DNA of 64,000 bases from Myxococcota bacterium (GTDB taxonomy: Bacteria; Myxococcota_A; UBA9160; UBA6930): NCBI GenBank assembly GCA_965223705.1, contig OZ245015.1:3842582-3906581 (forward strand), written 5' to 3'. The notes beneath the pieces are model-generated. The model saw only the letters and a program-made list of their open reading frames with translations. It did not search any database and had not been told where the DNA came from. Each line of letters opens with the position of its first letter. Within the stretch, counting starts at the first letter, position 1. Positions 17,892 to 26,721 of this stretch are shown one piece after another. The position numbers were made by a program, and so were the translations under genes.

Positions 17892-19268
17892 ATGGCGTCC
17901 AATGGTCGATCGAAAGATCGAAATCAGCGAAATACGTCCACGAAGAACTCGAAAGCGGCCGAAAATTTCGCCGAAGACGACGATTCTCAGGCGCTGCTCG
18001 AGCTCGAGGCCAACGAGCGGCTTCACGCGAAGATCAAGGTCGTCGGCGTGGGAGGTGGCGGCGGGAACGCGCTGAACACCATGATTCGCTCGAAGCTTCA
18101 GGGCGTCGAGTTCCTCGCGGCGAACACCGACGCCCAGGCGCTCGAATACAGCGAGGCCGGGTGCCGGATCCAGCTGGGGACCGCCGTCACGCGGGGACTG
18201 GGCTGCGGGGCGAACCCGGAGCGCGGTCGCGAGGCCGCCCTGGAAGACCGCGACCGCCTGCGCGAAGCGCTGTCCGGCGCCGACATGGTCTTCGTCACCG
18301 CCGGCCTGGGCGGCGGCACGGGCACCGGTGCGGCTCCGATCATCGCGGAAGTCGCGCGGGATCTCGGCGCGCTCACCGTCGCCGTCGTGACGAAACCTTT
18401 TCCCTTCGAAGGTCGCGTCCGACTGGGCCACGCGGATCAGGGGCTCGAGCGACTGCACGACGTCGTCGACACCCTGATCACGATCCCGAATCAGCGGCTG
18501 TTGGCACTCGCCGGAAAAGAAACGGCGATCATGGACGCCTTCAAGCTCGCCGACGAAGTGCTCCTGAACGCCGTGAAAGGGATCTCGGACCTCATCACGG
18601 TCCACGGGCTGATCAACCTCGACTTCGCCGACGTCCGCACGATCATGAACGAGATGGGCATGGCGCTGATGGGGACGGGCATGGGCGTCGGCGACAACCG
18701 CGCTGCAGACGCGGCACACGCCGCGATTTCGAGCCCGCTCCTCGAAGACGTTTCCATCGACGGGGCTCGCGGCGTGCTGATCAACATCAGCGGTGGTCCG
18801 GACATGACGCTCTTCGAAGTCAACGAAGCGTCGACCTTGGTACAAGACGCCGCGCACGAAGAAGCGAACATCATCTTCGGCGCGGTCATCGACGAGACCC
18901 TTCCGAAGGGCGAGCTGCGCGTCACGGTCATCGCAACGGGCCTGAACGACGGGCGTCACCCGACCCGGGGAATGAGCGTCGAGGACGGCGAGCTGACGAA
19001 CGTCACGCCGCTGCACGCGGAGCCCGAGCAGGTATCACTCGTCGATGTGACGGTGGCGAGCAGCGAAGAGCCCGCGAGTCCGGTGGCAGAGCCGGAGCTC
19101 GCACCGCTCGCGCCGCGCGCCAGCGAAGAGCCGCCCGCAGACCCCGCGCCGGAGGATTTCCTCTCGCCGTTCGCCGAGGATGAACTCGACGTGCCGGCTT
19201 TCTTGAGGCGCAAGCGTCGGCGCAGCGAGGAAGATGAGCCGGCGTTTCTTCGACGCAGCGCGGACTAG
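17892..19268 (+). CDS. ftsZ: Cell division GTPase FtsZ
   Basis: [14 protein letters not shown], the tubulin signature [19 protein letters not shown], a long Pro/Glu-rich linker and C-terminal PAFLRR peptides. A GGGGGTG Shine-Dalgarno precedes the ATG at 17892. Confidence 0.95.
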   Translation: MASNGRSKDRNQRNTSTKNSKAAENFAEDDDSQALLELEANERLHAKIKVVGVGGGGGNALNTMIRSKLQGVEFLAANTDAQALEYSEAGCRIQLGTAVTRGLGCGANPERGREAALEDRDRLREALSGADMVFVTAGLGGGTGTGAAPIIAEVARDLGALTVAVVTKPFPFEGRVRLGHADQGLERLHDVVDTLITIPNQRLLALAGKETAIMDAFKLADEVLLNAVKGISDLITVHGLINLDFADVRTIMNEMGMALMGTGMGVGDNRAADAAHAAISSPLLEDVSIDGARGVLINISGGPDMTLFEVNEASTLVQDAAHEEANIIFGAVIDETLPKGELRVTVIATGLNDGRHPTRGMSVEDGELTNVTPLHAEPEQVSLVDVTVASSEEPASPVAEPELAPLAPRASEEPPADPAPEDFLSPFAEDELDVPAFLRRKRRRSEEDEPAFLRRSAD

Positions 19269-19296
19269 CACCACCTCGTAGCGCAGGGCTTAGGAA

Positions 19297-19335
19297 GCAG
19301 CCGCTTCGGGCGATTGGCATGCCCGGAGCGGCTGC
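19297..19335 (+). terminator. Terminator-like hairpin after ftsZ (end of dcw operon)
   Basis: GCAGCCGCTTCGGGC-GATTGGCAT-GCCCGGAGCGGCTGC. About 15 bp of stem (one G-U pair), 28 nt after the ftsZ stop. It lacks a T tract, which is common in GC-rich genomes. Confidence 0.5.
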
Positions 19336-19349
19336 GCCACGTTCCGGGC

Positions 19350-20162
19350 ATGGGTACTCCCGACGTCCGACTCGAGCGGCGTGACGCGATCGCCATTCTC
19401 ACGTTCGATGATCCGGATCGCCTCAACGCGATGACCGAAGCCATGGGGCGGGCCTTGTCGGCACGAGTCGACGAGCTACGCGACGATGAGAATCTCCGAG
19501 CGGTGGTCCTGACCGGCGCCGGGCGGGCGTTCTCGGCGGGCGGCGATCTCGACATGATCGTCGCCAAAGGCGAAGCGGGCCGGAGCAGTCCGGGGGGCGC
19601 GACGCGCCAGGCCGGCCGCGACTTCATGCGCAACTTCTACGGTCTCTACCTGCGCGTTCGCGACCTTCCGTGTCCCACCATCGCCGCCATCAACGGGCCT
19701 GCAATCGGAGCGGGCTTCTGCGTTGCGCTGGCGTGCGACATACGGGTCGCGGGCAAGCGAGCGAAGCTCGGCCTCAATTTCGTTCGTCTCGGCATGCATC
19801 CCGGGATGGGGGCGACCTGGACCCTTCCGCGCATTGTCGGCCACGCAATCGCCGCCGAGATGCTCTACACGGGACGCGTGATGGACGGCAAAGAGGCGGC
19901 TCGGCTCGGCGTCGTCAATCGAGCCGTCCCGCGCGGAGAAGTGCTCGACTGCGCTCTGGGCTTGGCCGAAGAAATCGCCGTGGCTTCCCCGCTCGCGGTG
20001 CGCGGCGTGCGAGAAGCCCTGGCTCGGAGCCCCCACGCGAGTCTCGCAGAACAACTCGACTTCGAAGCTTCCGAGCAATCGAAAAACTACGAGAGCGAAG
20101 ATCTCGTCGAAGGCATCGCCGCCATCAAAGAAAAGCGCGCGCCGGTGTTTCAAGGCCAGTAG
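19350..20162 (+). CDS. Enoyl-CoA hydratase/isomerase (crotonase) family protein
   Basis: MGTPDVRLERRDAIAILTFDDPDRLNAM, LTGAGRAFSAGGDL and the oxyanion-hole region AAINGPAIGAG. I prefer the ATG at 19350 because the track's TTG at 19314 lies inside the hairpin. Confidence 0.85.
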   Translation: MGTPDVRLERRDAIAILTFDDPDRLNAMTEAMGRALSARVDELRDDENLRAVVLTGAGRAFSAGGDLDMIVAKGEAGRSSPGGATRQAGRDFMRNFYGLYLRVRDLPCPTIAAINGPAIGAGFCVALACDIRVAGKRAKLGLNFVRLGMHPGMGATWTLPRIVGHAIAAEMLYTGRVMDGKEAARLGVVNRAVPRGEVLDCALGLAEEIAVASPLAVRGVREALARSPHASLAEQLDFEASEQSKNYESEDLVEGIAAIKEKRAPVFQGQ

Positions 20163-20181
20163 CCGTGTCACGAGTTCGCGT

Positions 20182-21159
20182 ATGAGAGTGCTCGTCACCG
20201 GCGGCAGCGGCTACGTCGGCCGCGCTTTGTGTCGCAGGCTGTTGCCCGAACACGAGCTTCACGTCCTCGATAGCTTTCGCTTCGGTCGGGAGCGCCTCGC
20301 CGCAGCCGAGGAAGGCGGCGCACACGTGCACCCGTGCGATCTCGGCGACGCGGCGGGCATCGCAGCGTGTCTCGAGCGCGTTGCGCCCGAAGCGATCGTT
20401 CACCTGGCCGCTGTCCACTACATCCCGGAGTGCGAAGACGATCCGAAGCGGGCGCTCGCGACGAACGTCACGGGCACGGTCAACCTGCTCGCGGCCTGCC
20501 CGCCGGGCTGCCGGGTGATCTTCATGAGTAGCGCCGCGGTCTACGAACCCTCGGACCGAGCGCATCGCGAGACCGACGCGACCCTCAAGCAGCCGGTTGA
20601 TATGTACGGGCTGACGAAACTCCACGGCGAGTCCTACACCCGCTACTTCGCGAGGCAGCGAGATTTTTCGGCGGTGATCGTGCGTCTGTTCAACGTGGTC
20701 GGCCCCGGCGAAACGAACCCTCATCTCGTTCCCGAAATCGTCGCGCAAGCGCTGTCGGGCACGCGAACGCTCTCGTTGGGGAACACGAAACCCAAACGGG
20801 ACTTCATCCACGTGGAAGACGTCGCGGAGGGGCTCGAGCGCCTGCTCACCGCGCCGGACGTCGCCGCGGGGGGCGCGGAGGTCGTAAACCTCGGCACCGG
20901 CCGCGCGCATTCCGTCGAAGAACTCGTCGCGATGCTCGCCACCATCGCCGGTAGCGAGATCGCGATCGAAACCGATCCGGCGCGCGTGCGCGCGGTCGAT
21001 CGACCGAACTTGTGCGCGGATACCGCCCACTTGCAGAGCGTCTTGGGGTGGAAGCCCGAGCGACTTCTCATCGATGCGGTACGCGACCTGTGGGAGACCC
21101 GCGACCTCCCCGCCGCCTTGCTCGAGCGCTACGCGGACCGCTTCGAAACGAATCGGTGA
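20182..21159 (+). CDS. NAD-dependent sugar-nucleotide epimerase/dehydratase (extended SDR)
   Basis: MRVLVTGGSGYVGRAL, catalytic MSSAAVY and YGLTK (YxxxK). It is the first gene of the polysaccharide locus. Confidence 0.8.
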   Translation: MRVLVTGGSGYVGRALCRRLLPEHELHVLDSFRFGRERLAAAEEGGAHVHPCDLGDAAGIAACLERVAPEAIVHLAAVHYIPECEDDPKRALATNVTGTVNLLAACPPGCRVIFMSSAAVYEPSDRAHRETDATLKQPVDMYGLTKLHGESYTRYFARQRDFSAVIVRLFNVVGPGETNPHLVPEIVAQALSGTRTLSLGNTKPKRDFIHVEDVAEGLERLLTAPDVAAGGAEVVNLGTGRAHSVEELVAMLATIAGSEIAIETDPARVRAVDRPNLCADTAHLQSVLGWKPERLLIDAVRDLWETRDLPAALLERYADRFETNR

Positions 21160-22340
21160 GAGTTCTCGCCACGGCCATCGTTCCGCCTCACATGGACGTG
21201 AGTGGTGGTCTGCGAGCCGCGATCGCATTGTCGGCCGCCTTGACCCCGCACTGCACGATCGAGTTGGCGCGCCTCGCGTTGACGGACGGTACGAGGCAGG
21301 AGGACGGTCTCCGGATACGCGACGTTCGCGCGCGCCTCCCCGCCGAACCGCTGCTTCAGCGACTGCCGAACAAAGTGCGTACGCCGCTCTATCGGTCGGA
21401 TCTTCCGCAGTGCGTGACAGCCGAATTCGACTTGGTTCACATCCACAACCCGATGCCGACCCTCGAGATGGCGCGGGTCGCGAAACGCTGCGTCGCTCTG
21501 GGGAAACCCTATGTCGTCTCGACCCACGGTTTCGTGGAAGTCGCTTCGGACGGGCGCACCTACGGGTTGGGCCCCGGCGGGCGCCTCGCGTGGAAATTCT
21601 TGGTGACCCGTCCGCTTCGCTACGTGGTAGCGAACGCGTCGCGGATCCTGGCGCTTTCGCCGGCCGAGTTTCCCTTGCTTTCAAAGCTCGGGGTCCCGGA
21701 CCGTCGGATCGATGTCGTTCCGAACGGGATCGATCCGCCCGAACGCGTGACCGAGGAACAGGCCGCCGCGACGCGGCGCAAACTGGGAATACCGACACGC
21801 GACGGCCGACCGCGAGCGCTGTTTCTGGCGAACCACACGGCCAACAAGGGATTGCCACTGCTCCTCGAAGCGATTCTTCGCACCGAGCGTCCGTTCGTGC
21901 TGATCGCGGGCGGAAGTCCGCGGCCGGAAATTGACTACGAAGCTTGGCAGGCGCGGTGCGGTCCCGATCAGGAAATCGTATTCACGGGTTTCGTAGCCGA
22001 TGAAGACGTCGGTCCGTTGTTTTACGAGGCGGATTTCTTCGCGTTTCCCACCCTCGCCGATACGTTCCCGCTCGCGGTTCTCGAGGCGCTGGCCCACGGG
22101 AAGGCCGTCCTGGCGTCTCGCGTAGGCGGCATCCCCTACCAGATCGACGAGAAATGCGGCGTTTTGGTCGAGCCCGGGAGGGTCGACGCCTGGTGTGCGG
22201 CCCTCGCCGGCGCCTTCGACGCCCCCGAGCGGATACGGGCGCTCGGGGCGGGTTCCGCTGCTGCAAGTGCTCGCTTTCGTTGGGAAACCTCTGCTGTCGC
22301 GGCACTCGACGCGTACCGCAGCGTCCTATCCTCCTCCTGA
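21156..22340 (+). CDS. Glycosyltransferase family 4 (GT-B, RfaB/WcaL-like)
   Basis: The GTG at 21156 (GTGA overlap with the epimerase). The C-terminal half contains the GT4 signature FAFPTLADTFPLAVLEALAHGKAVLASRVGGIPYQI (EX7E). Confidence 0.8.
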   Translation: MRVLATAIVPPHMDVSGGLRAAIALSAALTPHCTIELARLALTDGTRQEDGLRIRDVRARLPAEPLLQRLPNKVRTPLYRSDLPQCVTAEFDLVHIHNPMPTLEMARVAKRCVALGKPYVVSTHGFVEVASDGRTYGLGPGGRLAWKFLVTRPLRYVVANASRILALSPAEFPLLSKLGVPDRRIDVVPNGIDPPERVTEEQAAATRRKLGIPTRDGRPRALFLANHTANKGLPLLLEAILRTERPFVLIAGGSPRPEIDYEAWQARCGPDQEIVFTGFVADEDVGPLFYEADFFAFPTLADTFPLAVLEALAHGKAVLASRVGGIPYQIDEKCGVLVEPGRVDAWCAALAGAFDAPERIRALGAGSAAASARFRWETSAVAALDAYRSVLSSS

Positions 22341-22387
22341 CCGCGCCGCCACCTCGAAAAATGAGGTGTTTCTCCTGATCCAAGAAC

Positions 22388-22410
22388 CACACTTTTCACG
22401 ACGAAGTGTG
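22388..22410. promoter_or_regulatory. Inverted repeat CACACTT-N9-AAGTGTG in the AT-rich promoter region of the EPS export operon
   Basis: Read directly. It has 7-bp perfect arms and sits in the only AT-rich gap (22341-22500) of the locus, about 100 nt upstream of the GME-like gene. Confidence 0.35.
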
Positions 22411-22500
22411 TGATCAATACCACAAGTCTTGTAGTCTAGAGACTGCGTTTCAGTTTGATTCGGGACCTAAAAACCCCAGGTAGATCACAGATATAGGGAG

Positions 22501-23484
22501 ATGGGGGCGCTTCGCATGAGTGAGATATTGGTGGCCGGTGGCGGCGGATTCATCGGTGGCCACTTGGTGGCGGACCTCCTCGCCAAAGGCTGTTCTGTTC
22601 GAGCCGTCGATATAAAACCGTTTGACGAATGGCACCAGCGGTTCGACGGGGCGGAGAACCTGAGTCTCGACCTGCGGGACCTCGGACATTGCCGGACCGC
22701 GGTCCGCGGTGTCGGGCAGGTCTACAACCTCGCCGCCGATATGGGCGGCATCGGCTTTATCGAGGCCCACAAAGCCGAGTGCATGCTGTCCGTTCTGATC
22801 AACACCCATCTCCTGCGCGCGGCGCAGGAGGCCCAGGTGAGTCGGTTCTTCTTCTCTTCGTCGGCATGCGTCTACAACGCCGACAAACAGTTAGACGCGA
22901 AGGTCGTGCCGCTTCGCGAAGAGGACGCGTACCCGGCGCTCGCAGAAGACGGTTACGGCTGGGAGAAGCTCTTTTCTGAGCGCATGTGCCGCCACTTCGG
23001 CGAGGACTACGGCATGGAGACCCGCGTCGCCCGCTATCACAACATCTACGGCCCTCACGGCACGTGGGACGGCGGCCGCGAAAAAGCGCCCGCGGCGATG
23101 TGTCGCAAGATCATCGAGGCGCAGCACACGGGAAGCGGCGTCCTCGAAATTTGGGGAGACGGCGAGCAGACCCGGAGCTTCGCTTACATCGACGACTGCG
23201 TTCACGGCACGCAGATGATCGCGAACGGTCACTACGCCGAGCCGATCAACTTGGGTTCCAACGAACTCGTCACGATCAACCAACTGGCTTCGACGGTCGA
23301 GGCCATCGCGGGTATCGAGCTCGAGCGACACTACAAGCTCGACGCACCAAAAGGCGTCAACGGGCGCAACAGCGACAACGAGCGCATCCGCAGGGAATTC
23401 GGCTGGGAGCCCTCCATCAAGCTCCGCGAGGGACTCGAGCGGACCTACGCCTGGATCTACGACGAATGGCGGCGGAGTCGGTAA
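22501..23484 (+). CDS. GDP-mannose 3,5-epimerase (GME) homologue
   Basis: Long collinear identity blocks with GME as I remember it: NLAADMGGIGFI, RFFFSSSACVY, YHNIYGPHGTWDGGREKAPAAMCRK, WGDGEQTRSFAYIDDCV, GRNSDNERIRREFGW, LREGLERTYAWI. The start may instead be the ATG at 22516 (MSEILVAGGGGFIGG). Confidence 0.85.
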   Translation: MGALRMSEILVAGGGGFIGGHLVADLLAKGCSVRAVDIKPFDEWHQRFDGAENLSLDLRDLGHCRTAVRGVGQVYNLAADMGGIGFIEAHKAECMLSVLINTHLLRAAQEAQVSRFFFSSSACVYNADKQLDAKVVPLREEDAYPALAEDGYGWEKLFSERMCRHFGEDYGMETRVARYHNIYGPHGTWDGGREKAPAAMCRKIIEAQHTGSGVLEIWGDGEQTRSFAYIDDCVHGTQMIANGHYAEPINLGSNELVTINQLASTVEAIAGIELERHYKLDAPKGVNGRNSDNERIRREFGWEPSIKLREGLERTYAWIYDEWRRSR

Positions 23485-23488
23485 CGCC

Positions 23489-24499
23489 ATGAGGCGGTGG
23501 GCATTCCATGGGGCCGTCGCGTTGATCGCGGCCCTGTGTGTCGTTTCGTGCGCGCGGTCTCCGCGTCCCGCGCCGACGTCCGCGCCCTCGGTGGAAATGC
23601 CCCCCGCCGAAAACCCCGCTCTTCTCGCGTTGTGGAACGAACGCCGCGCGACGCGGGTCGCAGCGCTACCCCTCGGCGCCGGTGATCGTCTGCGGATTTC
23701 CGTCCCGGGTCTGCCCGAGTTTTCTCCCTTGGAAACCGTGGTCGGAGCCGACGGAAATCTGTCGTTGCCACTGATCGGACCGCTGCCGGCGGAGGGACGC
23801 AGCGACGCAGAGCTAACTCAGGATCTCGAGCGAGCCCTCGAGCAGTACATGTACGACCCCCGTGTCAGCGTTGTGGTACTCGACGCGGCGAGCCGCATGG
23901 TGGGTGTCATCGGAGCGGTCGCGAAACCCGGGTACTACCCGATGCGCGATGCCATGGATTCCGTACTCGACCTGGTCGCGGCGGCCGGCGGGCTCAGTGC
24001 GAAAGCGTCGACCACGCTGCAATTGATTCCCTCCGGATCGGGGGCCAGCGCTCCGCTCGCACCCGGGAGCGAAACCGATTCCGAGCTGGTGGCGATCGAC
24101 CTGTCGGCGAGCGCACCCGGCACGGCCGCTCTCTACGCAACGCTCCCGGTTCGCCCGGGCGACGTGCTGATTGCGACCGAGCGCGGTCAGGTCTTGGTGA
24201 CCGGTTGGGTCGAAGCCCCCGGCGCATATCCCATTTCTCCTGGCATGACCGTCCTCGCTGCCGTTTCGGCGGCGGGAGGAACGCAATATCCGGCCGACCG
24301 GAATGTCCACGTTGCGCGCAACAGCTCGGGAGGCAACAAGCATCAGCTGAAAATCGACCTCGAAGCCGTCGAAGAGGGACGCGCCATCGATCTGCCCGTC
24401 GCCGACGGCGACGTGATTCATGTGAGTTCGACGGCGCCGAAAGCGGCGGGTTGGGGCTTGTACCAGCTCGTGACTTCACTTTTGAGCATCGGCCTATGA
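23489..24499 (+). CDS. Polysaccharide export outer-membrane lipoprotein (Wza-like; Poly_export + SLBB domains)
   Basis: Lipoprotein signal ALCVVSC. Poly_export-type segment GDRLRISVPGLPEFS...VGADGNLSLPLIGPLPAEG, followed by two SLBB-like repeats (G.V.KPG.Y). Confidence 0.8.
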   Translation: MRRWAFHGAVALIAALCVVSCARSPRPAPTSAPSVEMPPAENPALLALWNERRATRVAALPLGAGDRLRISVPGLPEFSPLETVVGADGNLSLPLIGPLPAEGRSDAELTQDLERALEQYMYDPRVSVVVLDAASRMVGVIGAVAKPGYYPMRDAMDSVLDLVAAAGGLSAKASTTLQLIPSGSGASAPLAPGSETDSELVAIDLSASAPGTAALYATLPVRPGDVLIATERGQVLVTGWVEAPGAYPISPGMTVLAAVSAAGGTQYPADRNVHVARNSSGGNKHQLKIDLEAVEEGRAIDLPVADGDVIHVSSTAPKAAGWGLYQLVTSLLSIGL

Positions 24500-26697
24500 A
24501 CAACGCCCTCGAGCCGCGCAGCTCCGATCGACGCATGGCGCCGCGTGAGCCCGCCCCGGAGCCGCTGTTTGCCGAGCCCGCGCAGCCCGGGTTGACACCG
24601 GGACGTCTGCGGGAATTGCTCCACGTCTTGCGCAAGCGCCGCGGGCTGCTCGTCGCCATCTGGGCCGGCGTGGTCGCCGCCGGGATCGGTCTGCTGATGT
24701 TGGCAACACCGGTGTACACGGCGAGCGCCGTGCTTCAAATCTCGCCGCGCGCGGCGCAGGGCACGCATCAGCTGCTGCCCCGAGCCGAACTTCAGTCTCG
24801 TGAAGTCACGACGTTCTACGAAACGCAGTACGAACTCCTGCGGAGCCGCAGTCTCGCCGAGCAAGTGATCGCGCGTGAGAACCTCTTGTACGACCCGGTT
24901 CTCGAGCTGCGACCGGAACGACCGGAGCTCGAGGCCTCGGCCACGTCAGACCTCGTCGATCGCTACAACGACAGCTTCCTCTCGGTCTCCCCGGTCGCCG
25001 ACACACAGCTGGTGCGCGTCGCGATGACGCTTCCACACCCCGAGCTCGCGCGGCGCGTCTTGTCCGCTCATCTGACGGGATATTTGGAGCAAGAACTCGC
25101 GCGCAACACCCGCGCGAACTCCGAGGCGCGCGATTTTCTTCGCGCCGAACTCGCACGCCTGCGCGCCGAGCTCCGCGACGCCGAAGCCGAACTCAGCGAC
25201 TACCGTCGCGAACACGGAATTCTCTCACTCGACGGCAAGGAAAATACCGTCGTCGAGCGCTTGGCGGATCTCAACAATCGGCTCACCGCCGCGCAGGTGA
25301 GTCGACTTTCGAACGAGGCGCAGGTCCACCTCCTTCGCGACGGCGGGAACACCACGCTTCCGACGGTGGTCTCGGACCCGACCATCCAGGCCTTGAAGCA
25401 GCAGCTCGCGTCCATCGAGGCGGAGCAGGCGAAACTCGGCGCAACGCTCAAGCCGACCTATCCCCGCTTGGTCGAACTCGCTTCCCAAGCGAACTCCCTG
25501 CGCGCCCGAATCGCGGCGGAGACCGAGAACTTGGCGTCTGTCGTCCGTTCCAAGCACGCCGCCGCCCTCGAAGAGGAGCGCGCGTTGCGGGAAGAGCTCG
25601 AGGCGCAGCGACAAATGGCCCTCGAGCAGAAAGATACGACGCTCCAATACGCGTTACTCGCCCGCGATCTCGAGACCACGCGCTCGCTTCACGACACGGT
25701 GTTGCAACGACTGAAAGAAATCGACCTGGTCGCCGAGACCTATCCGTCTCACGTGTACGTCATCGACCCGCCGACGAAGCCGTCGTCGCCTTCCTTTCCT
25801 CGCTACGGAACGAGCCTCGCGCTGGCGAGCCTGGTGGGTCTGATGCTCGGGGTATCGACGGTGATGGGGCTCGAGACCTTCGATCGGAGCATCCGCTCAC
25901 CGCGAGAAGCGAATCAGTCCCTGGGGCTCCCGGTTCTGGCTTCGGTTCCGGATTTCCGTCGGCTGCCAGAGGGCGGGCTCGCTCCCTCGGACAGCGACCT
26001 CATCAGCCAAGTTTCGCTTTCCGAAAGCGTCTCGACGGGCGTCGAGCTGTCGCCCGCGCCGGAATCGGTGGTCACCGAGGCCTACCGAACGATCCGTACG
26101 AACCTGATGCTCAACCGCCGCCGCCGCGATGCGCGCACGATCCTCGTAACGAGCGCCCGCCTTGGCGAGGGAAAGACCGTCACGGCACTGAACACGGCGA
26201 TTACCTTCGCGGAATACGCCGTACCGGTGCTCCTCATCGACGCCGATTTCCGGCGTCCGACGTTCCAGCACTCCCTGGGCCTCTCTCCGAGGGCCGGACT
26301 TTCGGACGTTCTCACCGGACAGGCGAAGGCTGCGGACGCCATCGTCAAGAGCCAACTCGGACTGTCGTTTCTCGCCGCCGGCAGCTCCGCCGCGCAAACG
26401 GGGGCGCTCCTCGGCTCGGAACGCATGCAGGAACTCCTCGACGCGCTGAAGGAGGAGTACGCGTACATCCTGATCGACGGTCCGCCGATTCTTCCCGTCG
26501 CCGACAGCGTCGTAATGTCGACCCTCGTCGAAGGGGTCGTCCTGGTCATCGATCAGCCCGAGACACCGCGAGAACTCGCTGAAGAAGCCGAGAGGCGACT
26601 CCGCGGCGTGGGTGCGTCGCTACTCGGTTGCGTGCTCAATCGCGTCCGCCCGGACGATCCCACCTTCGCGCCTTCGGTGTTGGAGTACTACGGCTGA
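24496..26697 (+). CDS. Polysaccharide co-polymerase / BY-kinase (Wzc/GumC/EpsG-like chain-length determinant tyrosine kinase)
   Basis: ATGA overlap with the wza-like gene. It has a Wzz-type N-domain with two TM segments flanking a long coiled-coil periplasmic region. The C-terminal P-loop ATPase carries Walker A SARLGEGKT, A' LLIDADFRRP and B ILIDGPPILPVAD. The protein ends ..LEYYG. Confidence 0.85.
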   Translation: MNNALEPRSSDRRMAPREPAPEPLFAEPAQPGLTPGRLRELLHVLRKRRGLLVAIWAGVVAAGIGLLMLATPVYTASAVLQISPRAAQGTHQLLPRAELQSREVTTFYETQYELLRSRSLAEQVIARENLLYDPVLELRPERPELEASATSDLVDRYNDSFLSVSPVADTQLVRVAMTLPHPELARRVLSAHLTGYLEQELARNTRANSEARDFLRAELARLRAELRDAEAELSDYRREHGILSLDGKENTVVERLADLNNRLTAAQVSRLSNEAQVHLLRDGGNTTLPTVVSDPTIQALKQQLASIEAEQAKLGATLKPTYPRLVELASQANSLRARIAAETENLASVVRSKHAAALEEERALREELEAQRQMALEQKDTTLQYALLARDLETTRSLHDTVLQRLKEIDLVAETYPSHVYVIDPPTKPSSPSFPRYGTSLALASLVGLMLGVSTVMGLETFDRSIRSPREANQSLGLPVLASVPDFRRLPEGGLAPSDSDLISQVSLSESVSTGVELSPAPESVVTEAYRTIRTNLMLNRRRRDARTILVTSARLGEGKTVTALNTAITFAEYAVPVLLIDADFRRPTFQHSLGLSPRAGLSDVLTGQAKAADAIVKSQLGLSFLAAGSSAAQTGALLGSERMQELLDALKEEYAYILIDGPPILPVADSVVMSTLVEGVVLVIDQPETPRELAEEAERRLRGVGASLLGCVLNRVRPDDPTFAPSVLEYYG

Positions 26698-26721
26698 TGT
26701 CCCGCGAGGCGAAGTAAGGCG

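Noticed and set aside
19314-19349. TTG start at 19314 for the crotonase gene
   Set aside because: It lies in the loop of the strong post-ftsZ hairpin. The ATG at 19350 gives the usual crotonase N-terminus (MGTPDVRLERRDAIAILTF).
20125-21858. 577-aa minus-strand ORF across the epimerase and GT4 genes
   Set aside because: Arg/Pro/Ser-rich nonsense composition. The plus-strand genes have clear SDR and GT4 motifs and coupled starts.
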